Assembly: GCA_964016885.1 (NCBI GenBank) | Contig: OZ024740.1 | Coordinates: 26,846,001-26,910,000 of the forward strand | Source of the DNA: Eledone cirrhosa | Lineage: Eukaryota | Direction of reading: 5' to 3' | Length of the DNA stretch: 64,000 bases | Shown: piece by piece, positions 56,446-64,000 of the stretch | Position numbering within the stretch: position 1 is the first letter of the stretch | Layout: each line of letters starts with the position of its first letter | Notes under the pieces: generated by a model | Databases searched by the model: none | What the model was told of the DNA's origin: nothing | Seen by the model: the letters and a program-made list of their open reading frames with translations, nothing else | Program-made: the position numbers and the translations under genes

Positions 56446-57067
56446 ATATATATATATATATATATAGCGTGATATACAATTATATATATATATATATTAT
56501 ATATAGATAACAACAGAAGGCCGGATTCCAAATGTTCTTTTAATGCTGCCAAGCACAATACGTATTCCTATGGACGTGTTGCATCACCTGATCGTGACGT
56601 AGGACTTTGACGACGTTGGCAGTTGTAAATTGCATGGATTATACAATAAATCACTGGATTACGGCAAACATATACCGAAAATGGACTTGATATATAGACA
56701 CACACACATATATATATGTGTGCGCGCGCGTGTGTGTGTGTGTGGGGGGGTGTATGTGTGTGTGTGTGTGTGTGTGCCTGTGCGTATGTGTGTGTGTGTT
56801 TGTGTGTGTGTGTATGTATGTGTGTGTGGGGGTATAATGCTCCGTAGTAAGTAGAGCCTCAGTACAATTAGCGTTGTGGAACTAACACTCTCTCTCTTTC
56901 TGTCCCCCCTCTCTCTCTGTCTCTCTTTATGTCCCCCTCTCTCTTTCTATCTATCTCTCTCTCTATATATATATATATATACCCCCTCCCGTCCATTTAG
57001 ATGCTACGTTTAAATACCACCGATGTTAATATTGTCTTTTATCATGCTCTGGTCGATAAAATTAGCC

Positions 57068-57148
57068 ATGTACCAGGCATTATTTAGTCCAGTAAGCTTA
57101 CACTCATGTACCAGGCATTATTTAGTCCACTAAGCTTACACTCATGTG
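57068..57148. repeat. 38-bp tandem duplication
   Basis: CATGTACCAGGCATTATTTAGTCCA(G/C)TAAGCTTACACT twice. Confidence 0.85.
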
Positions 57149-58006
57149 CCAGTACTAGAAACAATTATTATAGGGAAGAGGGTGGAATTGAGAAAAGCAC
57201 AGATTTATGTCACTTTATGTTGTTAGTTGAAATACCGTCTTTCATACATTGTCGATATAATAAACTGGCTACGAAATAATGATGTCTATACTATAGAGAA
57301 TACTCAACCCCATATTTGTCTTTCTATGAACTGTTTGAGAGATGGAAAGTATTACAGTTATACAGCTCCCAGACTGCTTATCTTCCACCTCAGGGACGGT
57401 ACTTTATTTATCGACCCAGAATAGATAAAAAGCAAAGTTAATCTCAGCGAAAGTTGACCTCACAGCGCAGAGAGCCGGAACGAATGCTAACGCCTTTAAT
57501 ATGATGTTCTAACATTTTGTATGTATGCATGTATGTATGTATGTATGTATGTAGGGATATTTGTATATATGCATCTATGTGTGTATTTAAGTATGTATAC
57601 AGTCCATTAATATATAGGCATGTACATTTGGAACATGATGGATATCTTAAATATATTTTTAAACCTACGAAGTTCTCATCAGATTATATATATAGCATCT
57701 AGACAAACACAACAGGAGAAGTATCTGAGGGGGCGATATACCCTAACACTTTTAATAGTATGACTGAAATGGATATACTAATCTGCATATCATTAGCATA
57801 CATGCTGGTATTTAATGTTGCTATATAATCTGTGAGCCAAGGAGCTGAAATAAGCGATACATGTATGTATATGTAGGTATTGAGTATATTAAATATGTTA
57901 AATTTCATATATTTCCCTGTTAACTGAAAGTAGTGATTAATATCTTGAGCCAACTTTCGGAATTTGGGATTTTCGCATGAGGAGATAGTGATGTCAGAAG
58001 GTATAT

Positions 58007-58090
<84 letters not shown>

Positions 58091-58201
58091 TGGTAAACGG
58101 AATAGAAAATGCTGACAAATTGTTCACAGTGAAAAATAGTTTAATTAGGAATAAGTGAGAATTAGTAATTGTATTGGTTAGTATTCAGTTTTGGTTTTAA
58201 G

Positions 58202-58236
58202 TTTTACCGGTTGCGCATTTCTAATGCTTTTCAAAA
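58202..58236 (-). ncRNA. Variant minimal HHR-like motif (U3-A8, GCAA)
   Basis: UUU-UUGAAAA-GCAUU-AGA-AAUGC-GCAA-CCGG-UA-AAA. Confidence 0.5.
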
Positions 58237-58598
58237 ATAATTTTGAGATAGAGCGTCCGTGATATTTGCTCTGATCTGATTAGTTTTGGGAATTCTACCT
58301 GTTTTTATGTTAAAAAAGTAGCTCCAGCGGTATTAAAATAGGTTTTGGGCCAATTCGTGTTGCAAAAATTCTTGTGGTCAAAACAATTTTGATTGGTCGG
58401 TAGAGGTCATGTGAATGTAAAAAATTGATTTTGCGCCAAATGTAGGTTTGTGTCGGCTGACTGAGAAATGACTCTTTCACAACAAATATGTGTGTGCGTG
58501 TGTGTATAGTAGTAGTAAAGTGTTCGTTGTTGTGATAATGGTTAGCAGGGATGTGTGTGCGAACCGCAGCCTGTTGACAGTTCAAATGCCTATTAAGA

Positions 58599-58683
<85 letters not shown>

Positions 58684-58684
58684 T

Positions 58685-58766
<82 letters not shown>

Positions 58767-58873
58767 CAGAGTAATTCGTGGTAGAAGGATGGTCCGTAGG
58801 AATGTGTCTGTTGGTGAGTGGGGGATATTTTAACATGTTAAAAGATATTTTTCAGCTCTTGTCTTATACGGAG

Positions 58874-58911
<38 letters not shown>

Positions 58912-59139
58912 CTCTTTGTATGTTAATGTACGCGTGTGTATGTGTGTGTGTATATATGTGTGTGTGTGTGTGAGAATATGTGTGTGTGTGTGTGGACCAG
59001 TATTTTTTCCTGGTAAAATGGTGTACATTATTCGATATTTTCAGTAAAATCGATTCTCTCAATAGAACATCAAAAACCTTCATAACAGGTGTGAAATGAT
59101 ATATAGTATTGGCATAATACCAAGGTGTGTGTGAGTGTG

Positions 59140-59475
59140 TGTGTGTGTGTCCAGATTGTACGTACTGAAAGGGGGAGCCCTTAGGCCTTGCCGTATTGGA
59201 ATACCTGTGCACAAATATGTATCTGGAGTGTGTCCAGATTGTAAGGCTTGCCGTATTGGAATACCTGGTCACAAATATGTATCTGGAGTGTGTCCAGAAA
59301 TTGTATACATGTGCACAAACTGTACACCTGTGCACAAACCGTACACATGCATCTGGAGTGTGTCCAGAAATTGTATACATGTGTACAAATATGTATATGG
59401 AGTGTGTCCAGATTGCACGTACTGCAAGGGGAATTCATTAGTCTTTGCCGTATTGGAATACCTGTACACAAAAAT
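59140..59475. repeat. Irregular ~60-90 bp tandem repeat (GGAGTGTGTCCAGA / CTTGCCGTATTGGAATACCTG)
   Basis: Motifs recur 3-5 times. Confidence 0.8.
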
Positions 59476-59691
59476 GTATGTGCCCATCAGTGTGCAATGC
59501 ATGCGTGCGTTTGTGTATGTGTGTGTGTCGGCACGTTTATATCTATAGACATCAAAAGGTATGCAAATTTGTGCATATTTGTGTTGTACCATAGAACATG
59601 TGTGTTTACGTATGTCATTGTGTTTATATGTGGGTAGAGATGTGTGCTGATGTAGGTATGTATGTTGACGTGTGTATGTTGTGGGTTCGTC

Positions 59692-60634
59692 TTAGGGAGA
59701 AGTGTTTAGACGGGGTCCGTATTTGTTAATAAAGTAAGAGTCCTTGCTGATGCGCTGGGTGTGGGTGGCATTATCTTTAAATTTGTAGAGGGGAAAGATT
59801 CTGAAGTTTGGATGATTTTGGGCGCCACATGTATCAATGTGTTCATTCAGTGGTATTTCCTGTATTCCCGTATTTTAATTTGGGATCTATGGACAGTCAT
59901 GCGTTGGCGGAGGCTGTTTTTGGTCTGGCCTATGTATTGTTCTCGACAACCTGAGCAAGTTAATACATATATTAGATTTTCCGATGCACATGTGAAATTG
60001 TGTTTTACTATAAAACGTTGTCCTTCTTCGAAATAGAATTCCGAACCCTCTATTAGGTTGATGCAATGCCACAGTTGGGTCTATCGCATTTTTTTACTGT
60101 GGGTTTCGTTGTTGTGGTTGGCAGTACTTTGGCATGTGTTAGGATGTTTTTGATTGATTTAGATTGTCTTTTGCTCTTTATGATATCGTGTGTTCGTAGG
60201 ATTTGGTTCATTCTATGGTCCTTTTTCAACACAGGGATGTTCTGGAGGATGGTGTCAAAGGCCTCATTGTTGAGGGGGTTGTGTGTGGAGATGTATGGAA
60301 GAGCTTTTAGTTTCGGTTGATTTACTTTAGGGTGTCTAAGGTCCTGGGTACTGAGTTTTAGGGCACGTTGGATTCCATTGTCAATTATTGATGGAGGGTA
60401 GTCCCTGCCTATGAGTGTGTCCTTTAGTTCTTGTAGACGTAACTAGCAGATGTTTTTATTGGAGACTATAGTACAGATTCTCTTGTCTAAGTTGTAGGGA
60501 ATATTAATGTTAATGTGTCTTGGGTGGTAAGAGTTGAAAGGAAGATATTGCTTGGAGTGTGTGGGCTTGTAGTATATGTCTGTTTCTATTTTTTTGTTAT
60601 GGATCTTAATGAGGATGTCAAGGAAGGGGAGTTG

Positions 60635-60637
<3 letters not shown>
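59692..60637 (-). pseudogene. 5'-truncated Penelope-like element ORF (RT thumb, Cys-rich linker, GIY-YIG endonuclease), Neptune-like
   Basis: LPFLDILIKIHNKKIETDIYYKPTHSKQYLPFNSYHP; KCDRPNC; NFTCASENLIYVLTCSGCREQYIGQTKNSLRQRMTVHRSQI; ends FINKYGPRLN; contains a stop and frameshifts. Confidence 0.88.
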
Positions 60638-60674
<37 letters not shown>

Positions 60675-61026
60675 TGTAATAAACGACATAAGATAATTAT
60701 TTCCTTTACCAGTGGTTCCTTGAAGACAGATATTTATGTCTGTCTTCATTTATCAGAAAAAATAATACGAAATAATTATTTAATATGGATTTGAAAACAG
60801 AGTTTAGGATAAATGAAAGTGAGGCTGAAATAAAATAACGGGCAAAAAATATATAAATAAATATCCAAAACATAAACATACACATACTCAAAATCACGCA
60901 TATACGTAATAGTGCGTAAACCTATACATTCACACATAAGTATATGTACGTCTACATGGAAATACAAATACACACATATAGACGTGTGATCTTATGCTCA
61001 CATATGCGCACGCACAGGCGTTCATT

Positions 61027-61067
<41 letters not shown>

Positions 61068-61151
61068 CTATGCCATGCATCAATTTATGTATTTTATATA
61101 TGTATGTATGTATATTATTGTTATTATTAAAGAAATCATTATTATTATCTA

Positions 61152-61275
61152 TGATCTGAGTTCAAATTCCGCCGAGGTTAACTTTGCCTTTTATCCTTAT
61201 GGGGTCGATAAAATAAAGTACCAGTAATGTACTGGGTAATTGCTGGCCTTGTGCCAACAGTAGAAACAATTATTA
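61152..61275 (+). mobile_element. SINE family S1, 5'-truncated
   Basis: Sequence match. Confidence 0.85.
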
Positions 61276-61459
61276 CTAAACTTATTATTATGATTAAGAT
61301 TTATGAGCTCTCCAGCCACTGAGAATGTCTTTAGCCGATTACGGATTACTGCTGTATCAAGTAAACTGGATAGCATCGAGCTTCTCTCATCTTTACCAAG
61401 ATCTATATAGAAATAGGATAAATATATATCAAATATATAACAACCCTAGAGCAAATATT

Positions 61460-61608
61460 TATTAAAATAACAGATTAAAATTTAAGCAAAGAATCGCTGC
61501 TTTCACCCTTAACGGATTCTTCTGAAGCTAAAAAATATTTTGTTTTAGTTTCAAAAGATCCCGTTAATGGTGAAAGCAGCGATTCTTTGCTTAAACTTTA
61601 ATCTGTTA

Positions 61609-61616
<8 letters not shown>
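61460..61616. repeat. Fold-back palindrome abutting (TA)n, with decayed HHR-like core
   Basis: Arms centred ~61538; minus strand CAGAAGA-AUCC-GUUAA-GGGU-GAAAG. Confidence 0.7.
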
Positions 61617-61672
<56 letters not shown>

Positions 61673-61684
61673 TTTCATCATTAC

Positions 61685-62450
61685 CATCATCATCATCATC
61701 AGTATAGGCAGGTCCTTCATATCTAAAATGTCTATCAATAACCTAATGTGTTCCTGGTTACGTTTAGCCATGTCTTTGTATCTCAGTCGGGGTTTCCATG
61801 CTTTTCCCCTACCATTATAGTGTTGCGTTCTTGTCATCCCATCTTTATTAATTCTTTCAGCATTCCTAATCTAACTGAGGATTCAATATATTAATCTATT
61901 TTACACTCGATCTTGTCTCTCTCTAGGTTGTGGGCGCTCGTGATAAAGGATTTCCATTTAATATTCATGATATGTCTCATGTCTCACATCATAACGCTTG
62001 AATACCTTTGTCTGTTTTCAGTATAACACCTATGCCACCGCTGTATAGTATACTGTAATATCACATTCCTCGTTATACATTACACGTCAATTATATCGAC
62101 ACTTGCTTATTGTTCCACATTCAAGCTTTTCGAAAGTATTGTTTATCGTACTCACCCTGCGACCTTGCTCAACTCTGAGAATACCATCTATACTGATTGT
62201 ACCAATCAGATATGTAAAAAGGTTTGACTCATCTTTCTGTTTTACAGTGTTGATAGACTTGATTTGACCCCAGTCATGTCTTGGTCGTTAAGAAAATTCT
62301 GTTTTTATTATATGAATGTTCATATTGTGGTTGTACCATGAAAACACACCCCAAGCTCTGCATGTCCTCTGAACTATGGCAGACAAGGACGCAATCACCT
62401 GAAAATCTTTTTCTCACAAACAAATGTTTCGTCTTGGTCCTAAGCTGGAG
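61685..62450 (-). mobile_element. Degenerate RTE-clade LINE (RT remnant to 3' tail)
   Basis: FSGDCVLVCHSSEDMQ (FADDC-like), FTYLIGTI, GKAWKPRLRYKD, (TGA)n tail. Confidence 0.65.
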
Positions 62451-64000
62451 CTACAACCCATTGAACAGGTTAGCATATATTGCTTGTATGCATATATACA
62501 TTCAGTTTAATTATAGAAGACTCCTTAAGCATCAGTGACAAGTGAAGTACAAACTGCCTTTCTGCTAGCACGCAACCCAGCTTGAATTTGACAGTATAGT
62601 TTCAGTTTACCTAACTTGAATCAGAAGGTATTGGTCAGTCCGAGGCAATGGTTGAGAATTTAACCGAGAACACAATTTTCAACAGTTCACAAGTTTTCGA
62701 AACTAACATATTAACATCACAATCATGGCTGCAAAAATTTATCAAAGACAAACTAACCCTGATTTATATCGCCAAACATCAACAACTACATCATCTTATA
62801 TATCACTCATTTTGGTGATTAGGATGGGATTAGAATGTGACTAATCTACTATATCTAGCTGATCAAATAGTCACTTAAAGGCTGCGCTATTTCCCTTATG
62901 ACATTACCGATTATGTAACTATGAGGTTACGGATATTGTTAATATCAATAATAGTTTCTTACATTGACTCAAAAACACAATTCAGGGAACAACTGACGAG
63001 CATATAATGACAACACAGTCATATAATGACAACACAGTCACCAAAATAAGTGTGAGACCCCACAAGCTAGGTTACCTTAGAGTTTCCCTCAATAGTAACA
63101 TCTACCATTCGTCTTGATCATCTTTTATTTCAAACCTGATATATAATCTTACATATCCTCTAAGAAACAGCACAATAGGAATTCTTATACTGCTTGTGTG
63201 GTTTTACCCAAAATTCTATCCTATATGCCTTCTTCGAAATGGACATCCTTCTTCAATCAGCTACTTTCTTGCTCTTCTATCAGGTTGGTTCTGTTAGTTC
63301 TTCGTTTATATTGTGAAGAAATGAAAACAACAATTCGACGTTGGGAAGATAAAAAGCTTCTTCATATTGTTTGCTTGATCTTCCTTTGTTCAATGTGAAC
63401 ATAGATGCATCCAAAGGGCCCCGCTAGAAACAGCAAAGCTAAACGTGGCAGGAGATATCTGACAACTTCTGTTTTGAATAGTTTTGTAGTTAATTACTAC
63501 AGTTTTCAATATCTTTATTTACCAAGTTTTGTTTAACGTTATTTGGTCGAATGTCTATAAAAATCATCTCGTCCTCATAAATATCCTTCAGGAGTCCTTT
63601 AGTTTTTTATGAGCGAATTAGAGCTCCGTTAATATATGAAAATGTGTCCTTATAAAAAGCCTCCCACCTCGTACGTTCTACTTTCTCTCATTTAAGTCGG
63701 CCTTTTTTATTGCTACGTTTCTTTTCTTTTCTTATTTGCGTTTTTAATTCGCTAAAGATGTTTATCACTCTTCTTTTCTCATCACATTCTATTCAATGAT
63801 GCAAGGTGATGAGGGAGTACTACTGTTTTGGGCCGAATAAAAGACCACTGATCGGAGTGGGGTGATATTTTGAACGTCTTCGAAACTGTCATACGAGCTG
63901 TGACTGGTACTGAAGGTGGGACATCACCCTACTGGGCCGCTGTTGTTATTACAAGTTTTCCTGTTGTATGCAGTTCTATCGCTTTTTGCTATTTCCAGTT

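Noticed and set aside
57699-57845. Possible minus-strand exon (PWLTDYIATLNTSMYANDMQISISI)
   Set aside because: An acceptor-like site is present, but there is no recognisable homology and no partner exons

Overview
AT-rich, microsatellite-saturated eukaryotic (animal) intergenic or intronic DNA. The SINEs and repeat landscape suggest a cephalopod/octopus-type mollusc (inference). No host protein-coding gene could be supported, and almost all listed ORFs are microsatellite artefacts. The window holds decayed non-LTR retrotransposons (Penelope/Neptune-type with RT thumb and GIY-YIG, CRE-like, L1/Tx1-like, RTE), many tRNA-type SINEs with TSDs, and several minisatellites. The main signal is a dense set of short non-coding cassettes, nearly all within or beside (TA)n tracts. 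They carry minimal type-I hammerhead ribozyme (HHR) motifs of the kind known from Penelope-like element pseudo-LTRs, and are often arranged as fold-back palindromes whose turning points lie in or next to the ribozyme. I read about 15 recognisable cores by eye, some with U3-A8 covariation and a GCAA box, plus a family of about 11 copies in which only the 3' half of the ribozyme is present, duplicated in inverted orientation.
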